DNA from: Psammoneis japonica | Lineage: Eukaryota | DNA length: 20,000 nucleotides | Assembly (NCBI GenBank): GCA_008632985.1 | Contig: QPGO01000249.1 | Span: 59,476-79,475, forward strand | Reading direction: 5' to 3' | Part shown: one piece after another, positions 10,822 through 20,000 of the stretch | Numbering within the stretch: position 1 is the first letter of the stretch | Layout of the letters: every line of letters starts with the position of its first letter | Position numbers and translations under genes: made by a program | Notes under the pieces: model-generated | The model's database searches: none | What the model saw: only the letters and a program-made list of their open reading frames with translations | What the model was told of the DNA's origin: nothing

Positions 10822-12120
10822 CAGCCAATGAGAGGCAGTGATTGCCTTGTTGGGGCCAGCCAAAGCCAAGCAACATTTGGCCAACCCCACACAAGAATCT
10901 GTTTGCTTTCAGATTGCAGAGAGATTGTGAGCTCTTGTGCCAGCATGGTCTGCTGCAGTGTGCAGAAAACATGAGTGCATGATTGTGCTGTGTGCACCCT
11001 GCCTCCAACCTGTGCACATGGTGCGCCACTCTTTGTGACATGTCAAGAGGCAAGAGGCAAGAAGGTTGCATGTTGCAACATCAGCACTGGTGTCTTTTCC
11101 CAGTTTTGTCATGCACCGCCCCCATGGAGAGGACAGCACTGCCCTGCAGATGGCTTGCTGTTGATGATGGGGGCAATGACAGATGATGGGCTGCAGAAGC
11201 AGCCACAGCAGAGCACAGCCATGTGTCTTGTTGAAAAGTGGCAGGCCAGAACAGAAATGGACAGGGCCAGCCCAACAACTTCCATCCAAAGCTGCAGTGC
11301 CAGAAACTTTCACAAATGAATTCATGTGCTCACACTCAGACACCTCTCAGACCATGGTCTGTTCATCAGCCAGTTGGAGGATTCCCAAATTTGGGGGTGC
11401 CACAAACAACACCATGGGTGTCTTTGTTCTTGTTTTTTTTTTCAGCTGTGGAGACATTTTTGAGGCTGGGGCGCAAGGTTTTGCAGATGGCACAAAAGCT
11501 GCCAAGAGCAAAACAAGGTGTTTGCTGTTGCCCTTGTCACCCTCCATGTGTGGCTGTGCACTCCTGCTCAGGGCAACAAAATGCCCGCCACCTCGTCCTC
11601 AGCAGCAGCAGCACACACACAGCTGCTGGTGGGCTGCACACACCATCATGATGCCCTCACGCAGCCAATGAAAGGCAGTGATTGCTTCATTGGGTCCAGC
11701 CAAAGCCAAGCAATGTTCTGCCAACCCCACACACAAAAAATGTTTTGCTGAAAGATTGTTGTTGCAGCCAGAGATGGCAAGCTCTTCTGCCAGCATGCTG
11801 ACCCGCCACGGTTTGTAGAAAATGAGTGCATCATCACAGTGTGCCCTTCAAGCTGTGCACATGGTGCACCACTCTTTGTGGTGTGCTGGTCAAGAGGCAA
11901 GAAGATTGCAAATCACAACATCAGCACTGGGGCCCTCTTTTCCCAGCTTCTTTGTCATGGCTGGCTGCAGACCATGGCGCTTGCTGTTCAGGAGGAGGAG
12001 GAGGAGCAATGGCACAGAGGGCAGCCACATGTCTCATTGAAAAGTGGTGGGCCAGAAAAACACAGACAGGGCCAACCCAACAACTTCCAACAAATCTGCA
12101 GTGCCAAAAACTTGCAAACG
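10822..12120 (+). repeat. Two diverged direct repeats of ~460-500 bp (copy 1 ~10822-11318, copy 2 ~11662-12120)
   Basis: Shared colinear blocks: CAGCCAATGA.AGGCAGTGATTGC, CCAGCCAAAGCCAAGCAA, CCAACCCCACACA, TGTGCACATGGTGC.CCACTCTTTGTG, CAAGAGGCAAGAAG.TTGCA, CAACATCAGCACTGG, TTGAAAAGTGG, ACAGGGCCA.CCCAACAACTTCCA and CTGCAGTGCCA.AAACTT. The offset is ~840 bp at the start. Confidence 0.9.
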
Positions 12121-13011
12121 CTGTGTGTGCAGGCCTTTGTGCCTTGTCCTCCCCTGGGCAGCAAGAAAAGAAGGAAGGAGACCAAGAAAAATGCTCCAGC
12201 AAAATCAACAGAAACATCTGACGGGCATTTTTTGACTTGTGGGCCACAACTTTGCACCTCAATCACAGATGCACAATGGTGCCACACCTCTGGAGAGGGG
12301 CCTTCAAAGTGTGCAAGGGGGGGACGAGCTTCTGTGTGGACAGAGCACGGTGCTCTGCACCATGCTCTGCACAGCAGCTGCCAGACAGATGGCTGGGAAA
12401 GTGGCTGTCTGTCATTTTTGAAGGATTCTCACTGCTCTGATAACCAGGTCATTGCAATTGCATTTGCTGCAGTGATTGCAATTGTTGATTGCAGTCCATT
12501 CTCGTCTCCGCGCAGAGAGCAATCGCATCAGGACCGGGCAATTGCCAATGATGTTCTCCCTCCAACCTTCAACAGGCCGTTTTGCGGAATCCGCTCGCAC
12601 GCGATAGTGCTGTTCAAATGCCTTTTAGAATCAATGTACATGTGTATCTTTATTATATTACTCTAAACTATGTATAAATATTTATATGTCCGTTTATCCG
12701 TTGCGCCAAACGTGCGTCCAGTGGTCGTACAGAATGTACTGCAACCTGCCGTGTGACAGAGAGAGCCTCTGCACCTCAACATCCACACTCCAAACTCCAA
12801 ACCCAAACATCAGAGACTCCTCATCGTATCGCGAATCACGACAAACAACCTACCGTGTATCGCAACAAATCACCGTCGTCGAAAGCCATTGCACTGATCC
12901 TTCACTTTCCAGAGCTCTTGACCTACGACTTTATATAGCGATAGATCTCATTTTTTCATTGGTCCTATCGATACCGTGCCAAGATAGAGTTTCAGGGCCG
13001 ATTGAAACGCA

Positions 13012-15129
13012 ATGGCAAGCACTGTCTCGAGCAGCGTGAATTGGGCCGACGACGATGAGCAAAGGCGACCTCAAGGGAATCATAATGAGTATTATGATGT
13101 GGAGTCGGTTGCATCAGGAGAAACTTCATCTCCGTTTACTCCTGTCTCTCGACAGTTGGCATCGTATTACCATTCATATGCCCATTCACACGCCCATTCA
13201 CAGTTTCATTTTCCTGAAGAACATTGGTCGGCTGCCGATGCAAGGCCAATACTGCCAATAGCTGCTTTTTTTATGGGCGATTTGAGGGATGGTATTCCCA
13301 TGGTACGAGATTTCTAGCCGTTTACAACTTTTGTTGGCTATACATGAAGAATCATCCTCTCACACATTGCTCGTTGTTTCTGTACATAGTTGAATATGCA
13401 AGCTGCGTTCTTGATCTCGGCAAAAGATTTCTCGCAGAAGCAGGTGGGCATTCTTTTTCTTGTTTTCGGCATTTCTCAGTTTGTCTGCCTGGCTCCTGCT
13501 GGGTATTTTCTAGATTATACGCGAGATAAAATCAAGTGGGTTAACTTTGCAGGGATTGCCTGCGCCGCTCTGACGGTCTTTACGGTCATGACGGCTGCGG
13601 ATGACGGACGAAACATGGGACTCATGATATTTTGGAAAGTACTGCAAGGATCGGTCACCGCCCTCTTTCCAACTGGTTTCAATGGTGTAACACTGGGTAT
13701 TGTTGGGAGCACTGGATTCTCCAAGCAAGTGTCAAGAAATCGCGTCATGACACACATTGGCACGGCGCTGGTGGTCGCCTGTGGTTCGATACTCGCGTAT
13801 TTGCTCTATCCAAATATCGGAGTCCTATTTGTTGTCAGTCCACTTTTTGCGCTTTTCTTTGTCCATCACATGAGACGAATAAGACCCACAGATGTAAACC
13901 CAGAGGCGGCGAGTGCACTCATCGTGGAATCGCCAACCATGACGGAATACGAGTGCATGGATGATATTGACGAGCACGAAGACATTTGGGGCATCACAAG
14001 TGACCTGAGCATCGATTCAATGTCAACTACTGGTGACTCCTCACGGAAAAAGGAGCAGATCAGACCAGCTCCTTACGCACCGCCAGACGTAGTGGGCGTT
14101 CGCACTGAAAAATCCGCCTCGGAACTGTCACCAAAGGCAGATCCTAGCAGACCAAATGAAATACCAAACCCCACACATCTCGGGCGACAACAAACGGCGT
14201 CATCCACTGCCACACCGTCTAGTGATGCATCACAGTCTGCTGGAACGTGGAGTGTACCAAGTTTTAACTTTGGCTGGGGGCAGCGGAAAAGGCCTCCACC
14301 CGCCCCGTCTTGTCGGGCTGCTGACACGGCAATGGCAGATTTGAAGTCACGACGCCCGCACACTCCTCTCTCCGTCTTGGTAGATCCTATACTGTTGGTG
14401 TTTATCATCATTGTCTTTTCTTTCAATGTGGCAAATGGTTCCGTACTGCCTCTGGTGATGCAATCTCTCAAGGTTAAGGATGCGCAGACATCGATTTTGC
14501 TTTCCGGTCTGTGTATCCTTATTGCACAGGGTCCCATGGCATACTTTGCAAGACTTTGCGGTGATTTTTCGCCGGAATGGGGACGGAAGAAAATTACTCT
14601 TTGGGGCCTATTTGCTTTGACGGTTCGCTGTTTCCTACTTGCCTTTTTGTCATGGACAAAGAACAATTTAGTCCAAACTCTGTCGGGCCTATACGTGATT
14701 AAATCTTGCATTCTTGCGACGCAATTGCTGGATTCCATGGGCGCCGGTATCTTTGGGACCATGTACATTTTGGTCACGAGCGATATTTCTAGTGGAACAG
14801 GTCGTTTCTCACTCCTGCTGGGAATGACAACAAGTGCAATGTGCTTGGGGGGGACAGTGTCTGGGTATATTGGACAATCCCTGGCTCAAGATTATGGGTA
14901 CACTGAAGCTTTCTTCTGCCTTGGCGTCATGTCCTTGGCACCCTTTCTTATGTTTGCCGCGTTTATGCCGGAAACGCTTCCGCAGTACGCTAAAGCATTC
15001 ACACCCAAGCCAAAAGCTAGCAAAAACACGCCCAAGTATAGAGGAGAACAGGCTCAGGATGTTGTGTCTTCTGCTTCTCAAAGATTGGGCGGGAGGGATT
15101 CGGGGACGGCAATAATGGAGCTTGTCTAG
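13012..15129 (+). CDS. Major facilitator superfamily (MFS) transporter, 2 exons (13012-13302, 13390-15129), ~676 aa, with a long central hydrophilic loop
   Basis: Phase-0 GT-AG intron at 13303-13389 (GTACGA...CATAG) joins FFMGDLRDGIPM to LNMQAAFL. Motif PAGYFLDYTRDK. Two sets of hydrophobic TM helices are separated by a Ser/Pro-rich loop. Confidence 0.9.
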
Positions 15130-15571
15130 TCCTTATCGTTGGTGATTACCAGCATCGTGCTGAAGTACGTGTCAAACTGCATCTTCCTAGAGAATCCGTA
15201 CCCAATATGTGTCTCAAGGCGATTCTGACCCAAGACAAACGGCGAAGCCAAGAATGGAGCTACGTTTGGTTTTTGAAGTTCTGTGAAGAGAATGTCCTTT
15301 CGTCTCAGAATATAGTGGGATCGTCCAACACGGCCGGTTGAGTCTATGTGATCCGTCGGACAATCTAGCCATGGTTTGGTTGCTCGGCTATTGGCTCGGT
15401 GACACTCCGTTGAGACAATACATTCCTGGTATTTGAACGGAGAACGCAAATAATGCCAACGTCACCTCCAGAGGCATAACTACGAGTATTACAAAAAAGA
15501 GCGAGTAGTGATGTGTTGTGTCCGAAAAGTGGTCGCGTTGGATGCATGAGACGTACGCAGGGATTTCAAAG

Positions 15572-18450
15572 CTAGCTGCTCTGTGCTGATTGAATTATAC
15601 GAAAGAGATGTGGACCATTCTTCCCTACTAGCCTCATCCTATCAAGTAGCGATTTAAGACCTAAATCAATAAATACAGTCAACTTAAATATAGGCTCAAC
15701 TTCCGAAACAGACCCCAATTGACTGCTTCCTTCTCTAAGATTACCACCTGCTTCTTCTCCTAACCACAAAACGAAGAAGGCTCGCCGTACTTTTTGTGAA
15801 GGGGGCTCATACATTTTCTTGACCCACTCGACAGATCAATAGGTCAGGCTGTACTCATACAACCCAAATCGACCCGAGCAACGACAATATTGCTGATTTA
15901 AGTGTGAAACAGAGTACTTCTGTTTGTGTCTTCGTCTTCGTCATCTTGCTGGACATGGCTCCGAGAATGTAAATTCGAATGTGTCGTACGCCATTGATAT
16001 CTCATCGGAGAGCATCTCCAAAACTACAGGTTTGCAATGAAGCTGAAACCTGTACTCCAACCCGTTGGCTTCGAACCAGTACCTGAAACTCTTGACCTTA
16101 TTTTTATCACTATTTTGATGTCGTGACCTCTTTTCCAGATCATTTCTTTGCCATCAGGGACTGTTCCGATTCGTAGTGTCCTGTTTCCGCCAATAAAGAA
16201 ACCCTTTTCGTCCGGAACAAGTGCCTCGTGTGGTCGTACAGCTTTGTTCTTGATATCCCCTCCGGAAATGCTGTCGCTAGACCGTAGAAGAATGTTCTCG
16301 ATCAACTGCCATGCTTCAGAGAAAGATAGGACGCGTTCCATAAGAACAATCTTGTACCCCATCTCTTCGAGCTGTCGATGCACGTGATCGATGCGCCTTT
16401 CAAAGTGCACTCGCATTCGTTCATCTTTGTACATCCGCGAACCTTGCAATGAGTGTGAGTGTGCATTTGTCTTTTTCGAAATGAGAGCTTGTTCTACTGT
16501 AGCCCACCTCCACATCCACTGAGCCTGAACGTGCTCTGGCATTGCCTCTAGCTCCTCGGAAGACCTTGCACGGATTCTAGCGATCAATCAAAATCCTTTA
16601 TCTTTGAGATGAGTTTCAGCAATGCGTCGTGCTGTTCGGGGGTAAGCCGTTCCACATCCAAACGTTGCTTCAGCTCCATGAGCTCGTTTGTAGCCACGAC
16701 ACCTGTGGCGCCAAACGTCGATCGACTGTAACCGAGCCTCCAAAGATGCAATTTGTCTCTCTAGCTCGGGCATTGAAGCCCACTGAGGCAAGTTGCACAA
16801 AGGAACAAGGGCTTCGTACTCCGCTTTGGCGCGCGCAACAGCCAACATTACATCCGGATCTGTCACACCTCTGGCCGCCTCAATAAAGTCTTGCAATCTT
16901 CGTATTTCTCTATTTAGAGCTGCACTTGTTTGGAACTTCTCAGCACAATCCTTTCGAAACTGCTCTTGTCTGCTCTCTTCTTCTTGTCTCTTCTTTTCTT
17001 CTACAAGTCGCATCCTTCGCTCTTCTGCTCTCTGTTCTTCAAGCCGCAAGTGCACCACCTCCTCATCACGATGCCGCCATTGAGTTGCTTCCTGCTCTGG
17101 TTGTTGTCGCTTTGCCTCTTCCTCTCTCCACGATTGCTCTAGTGCCAGCAGCTCTCTTGCAATTTTGCGGATTGTTTTCTGTTGTCAGCACTTGCATTGG
17201 GTTTCTGTGGGGAAGCTCTTGCCACTGGCATGGTGGGAACACCCACAATTCCTTGCCTCTGTGCTTTCAAAATCAAAACCACTTGGGAATGGCCTTTTTG
17301 TTCGGCCATGTCTGGCGCACTCTGTTTGCGAAAGTGGTCAATGCTGTGATGGGCTTTGGCTCCATTGTCCAAAAGAATCTGGGCCACCTCTCCATGTGCC
17401 CATTCTTTGCTGCAGCCATGAGAGGCATCTGCCCTGCTTTGAAGCCTGTGCTCACTTTTGTGCCATGATCCATCAAGATTTTTGTGGCATCCACTTGTCC
17501 TTGTTCACTGGCGTGGCAATGCACAGTTGAGTGTTGAGCCATCACTGTTGACTGCATCCACATGTGTGCGGCATCGTCGAGGAGTCCCGCCAGCATCATT
17601 TTGTCACCCTTGACATTTGCAAAGTCATCATTCTTGCACAACCCGTTCTTGTTTTGCCTCCACTTGCTCTCCTGCAAACAAGAGTCACAAATGAAAAAAG
17701 TTGCACGAGAAACACTCGTTTTCATTTTTGTGAGTTGCAAAATCACACTGGCGTTTTGGTGGCAAAACTGAAAAAAGCAACACATGGTCAATTTTGGCAG
17801 AGGCACAGTGGATTTTGAGTCTCGTTCTTGTTTTGCTGTTCGCCAATGCCTGAATTTCACTTCTCAAATTGTTGGAAATGCCTGTGTTGCCATCCAAGTC
17901 CAATCACTTCAAACTCTCATTGTGTCATTGCAGCATTTGCAGCAACTCTCTTGCACCATCATCACCACCAGTTTGAGCCCATCCAATGCAGTGTTGGTTT
18001 CAAGTGCTGATGCAAGCGTTGTTGCGCTGTCATCACCAAATTGGTTGTTGCAAAGACCCAGCTGTTGCAAAGCAGTGTTCATTTCAAGTGCCCTCACAAG
18101 CACTTTTGTGCCATTGTCACCAATTTGGTTGTTGCCAAGATGGAGCTTTTGCAATGTTGTGTTGGTTTTGAGTGCCCTTGCAAGCACTCTTGCGCCACAG
18201 CCACCAATTTTGCTGTTGCCAAGATGCAGCTCTTTTAACATGGTGTTTGTTTTGAGTGCTGTTGCGAGCACTCTTCTTGTGCTGTTATTGTCACCAATTT
18301 GGTTGTTGCAAAGATGGAGCTTCTGCAATGTCGTGTTGGTTTCGAGTGCCGATGCAAGCTTTTTTGCATCAGCATCACCAACCCGGGCTCTGTTCAAGAT
18401 GGAGCACTGCCAATGTCAGGTCATTTCACCGCAGATGCCAGCAGGCCTCG
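15572..18450 (-). pseudogene. Disrupted multidomain gene: RNI-like LRRs (17909-18397), ankyrin repeats (~17270-17530), coiled coil (~16591-17184) and an unknown C-terminal region
   Basis: LRR units such as LKTNTTLQKLHLGNNQIGD; ankyrin motifs PLMAAAKNGH and A...GHSQVVLIL. ORFs 16588..17058 and 16024..16587 share one frame separated by a single TGA. Further in-frame TGAs occur at 17187-17185, 15943-15941 (inside an Arg run) and 15838-15836, with several frameshifts. Whether all parts formed a single gene is inferred. Confidence 0.65.
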
Positions 18451-18900
18451 TTGAGTTTCACACCACTGCTGCATGATCACAAAATCACATGTGACCCACC
18501 CACGCACAACAAAAAAAAGGGTGCTGAACCACAGTGCACAGAGTGGATCGTGCGCGAGTTGGGTTGCTTTCAACAAAAGCAAAAACGACAGTGAGTCATC
18601 CACCGTGGCTTCGTTCGTGCTTTTCCAAAAAAACTTTGGACTTCGGGTTTCAGATAATTGATGTCATGTTTGACTGTGGACACTCCAGTCATTCACAATG
18701 AAACAGCATGCAGACTGATGCTGTACAGCCAGACGTCCCAAGCAGATTTTTTTCTCGTTTTTTCCCATCGCATCGTGGCATGCCGGCAGGGCATGCTGTG
18801 CCGGAACCGGCAGGCCAGGGCCAATGATGCGGCACGCGCGACGGCGTTTGACACGCAAAGTCGTTCCAATCCAATCGTTCCAGCAGCTTCAGAAAGGCTT
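17145..18900. other. Second TpA/CpG-depleted hypermutated block
   Basis: Only ~4 TA dinucleotides seen between 17142 and 18905 (near 18236, 18286, 18654 and 18724). LRR codons show Y->H, Y->C and T->M changes. Confidence 0.8.
17950..18400 (-). repeat. ~84-bp-period tandem DNA repeats encoding 28-aa LRR units
   Basis: Recurrent + strand strings TCACCAA(A/T)TTGGTTGTTGC near 18033, 18117 and 18291 (a diverged unit near 18202), and GTGTTGGTTT..AGTGC. Confidence 0.85.
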
Positions 18901-19071
18901 GCATGTTAAATGTACCGTAGTGCTGTTTATCACTGGGTAGGTTTGGTTTGCAGAGACTCAAAGTATCAGCATCGGCACTTCATTTCAGTTGCAGAAAGCA
19001 GAAAGTGACGATTTTTCAACTGGTGACGCCGCAGCACTTACTCTCAACCGCTAAAACATAATATACATCCC

Positions 19072-19932
19072 ATGAGCCTTCTTTTGTTCGCGTATTGTGA
19101 TCGATTGGAGAAGAACGATGAACGCATAACAAAACTGAACTTGGCCAATACGTACATTGATGCTTCGAGCGTTGGGGGGTTGGCACGATCGCTCAAAGGC
19201 AACACCGCCCTTTGCGATTTGAACCTTCGTCGAAATACAATTGGTGGCGGAGGAGTACGTGTCTTGGCGAACGCTTTGCCTCATACACGGCTAGCTAGAC
19301 TGGTCTTGTCTCGAAATGAAATTACTGACGAGGATATCAGTCACTTAGCGCAAGTCCTTCAAACGCCGAATTTAATGTTGCGGGTCCTGATCCTTTCATA
19401 CAATCAAATCACATCGGTTGGTGCCATGTCCTTGTCACGATCTCTAAAACAACCGCAGAAGTCGCTTTTGACGAGTTTGGTGTTGAACGGGAATGACATC
19501 GGAGATGAAGGTGCCATTGCCTTGAGCGAGGCGTTGACGACAAACAAGTCGCTGGTTAGCCTTTCACTGCGCAAGAACAACATTACAAATGTGGGCGCTG
19601 TGGCCCTGACTCGGGGATTAGAAGAAAACGAGTCACTGTTGTCGCTGGATTTGTATTTGAATCCAATTCGAAAAACCGAACCGCTGGAAACTACCTTTGA
19701 GCTCATGATGGAGCACAACACTACGCTCCAACACATCTCTCTCTGGAAACAAGTGCCGGCAAAGATTGCCTACTTGCTCATCGGAAACATGGCGGGACGT
19801 AAGCATGTTGGAGACATTTCGTTATCACAAGCATTGTGGCCGCATATTCTGCTACGAACTCTCTTCCTGAAAGGCGAGCAGACCGATCTCATCTATTACT
19901 TGCTTCGAGAAAAGCCAGAAATATTCCAATGA
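19072..19932 (+). CDS. Intact RNI-like (NLRC3/ribonuclease-inhibitor-type) leucine-rich repeat protein
   Basis: 28-aa LRRs (LTSLVLNGNDIGDEGAIALSEAL, LVSLSLRKNNITNVGAVAL). C-terminal N.AGR...LWP.IL...DLIYYLLREKP motif, which I recall as typical of diatom LRR expansions. Normal Tyr and CpG content. Confidence 0.9.
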   Translation: MSLLLFAYCDRLEKNDERITKLNLANTYIDASSVGGLARSLKGNTALCDLNLRRNTIGGGGVRVLANALPHTRLARLVLSRNEITDEDISHLAQVLQTPNLMLRVLILSYNQITSVGAMSLSRSLKQPQKSLLTSLVLNGNDIGDEGAIALSEALTTNKSLVSLSLRKNNITNVGAVALTRGLEENESLLSLDLYLNPIRKTEPLETTFELMMEHNTTLQHISLWKQVPAKIAYLLIGNMAGRKHVGDISLSQALWPHILLRTLFLKGEQTDLIYYLLREKPEIFQ

Positions 19933-20000
19933 ATTTTTGCTCTAAGTTAAAATAATCTGCAAAGACCTGTTTTCCCTAGTTCAATTCCCACCACTGTCTT

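Larger units (their letters stand above)
4310..12600. mobile_element. ~8.3-kb decayed, hypermutated transposon-derived block (TpA- and CpG-depleted)
   Basis: About 18 TA dinucleotides counted by eye in ~8 kb, few CG and a large TG/CA excess. The dozens of overlapping Cys/His/Trp-rich, Tyr-free ORFs are spurious. Contains transposase-like relic motifs. Edges are approximate. Confidence 0.8.

Noticed and set aside
10822..12120. Direct repeats as the LTR pair of a retrotransposon
   Set aside because: Only ~340 bp lies between the copies, with no recognisable gag/pol, PBS/PPT or TSD.
4310..12600. Classical fungal RIP
   Set aside because: RIP converts CpA to TpA and enriches TA; this block shows the opposite.
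4320..12609. CACTG at 4320 and TAGTG at 12605-12609 (or CAGTG at 12470-12474) as CACTA-type termini
   Set aside because: No extended inverted-repeat match and no matching target-site duplication (CAG vs CTG/ATT), so the termini cannot be supported.
4338..12666. Dozens of overlapping Cys/His/Trp-rich ORFs, suggestive of small cysteine-rich or metal-binding proteins
   Set aside because: Artefact of TA loss: TAA/TAG stops disappear and TG/CA excess inflates Cys/His/Trp/Gln in all six frames.
16588..16590. Programmed TGA readthrough or selenocysteine between two in-frame ORFs
   Set aside because: Several other TGAs and frameshifts in the same locus fit CGA->TGA decay better.
17950..18400. Periodic repeats resembling a CRISPR array
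   Set aside because: The ~84-bp period encodes LRR units and the intervening sequences are also homologous; eukaryotic context with no cas genes.

Overview
Eukaryotic genomic DNA, almost certainly from a diatom because it carries a SIT silicon transporter. Five ordinary genes are present: an N-acylated MGCSSSK acidic protein running off the left edge, SIT, a CPBP/Rce1-like intramembrane protease, a spliced MFS transporter and an RNI-like LRR gene. Two sharply bounded blocks (~4310-12600 and ~17145-18900) interrupt them. In these blocks CpG is depleted, TpA is almost absent and TG/CA is in excess, so ancestral Tyr codons now read His/Cys and Arg CGA reads TGA. Mentally reversing these changes reveals, in block 1, a Plavaka-type (CACTA/EnSpm-related) transposase relic, a convergently oriented DOT1-like (H3K79) SAM-methyltransferase relic, another probable TE accessory ORF relic and a ~500-bp diverged direct repeat. 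Block 2 is the 5' half of an LRR-ankyrin-coiled-coil pseudogene. The two most interesting signals are (i) a targeted TpA->TpG/CpA hypermutation, opposite in direction to fungal RIP, and (ii) a transposon that may carry a histone methyltransferase. All counts and alignments were done by eye. Family assignments come from recalled motifs, not database searches.
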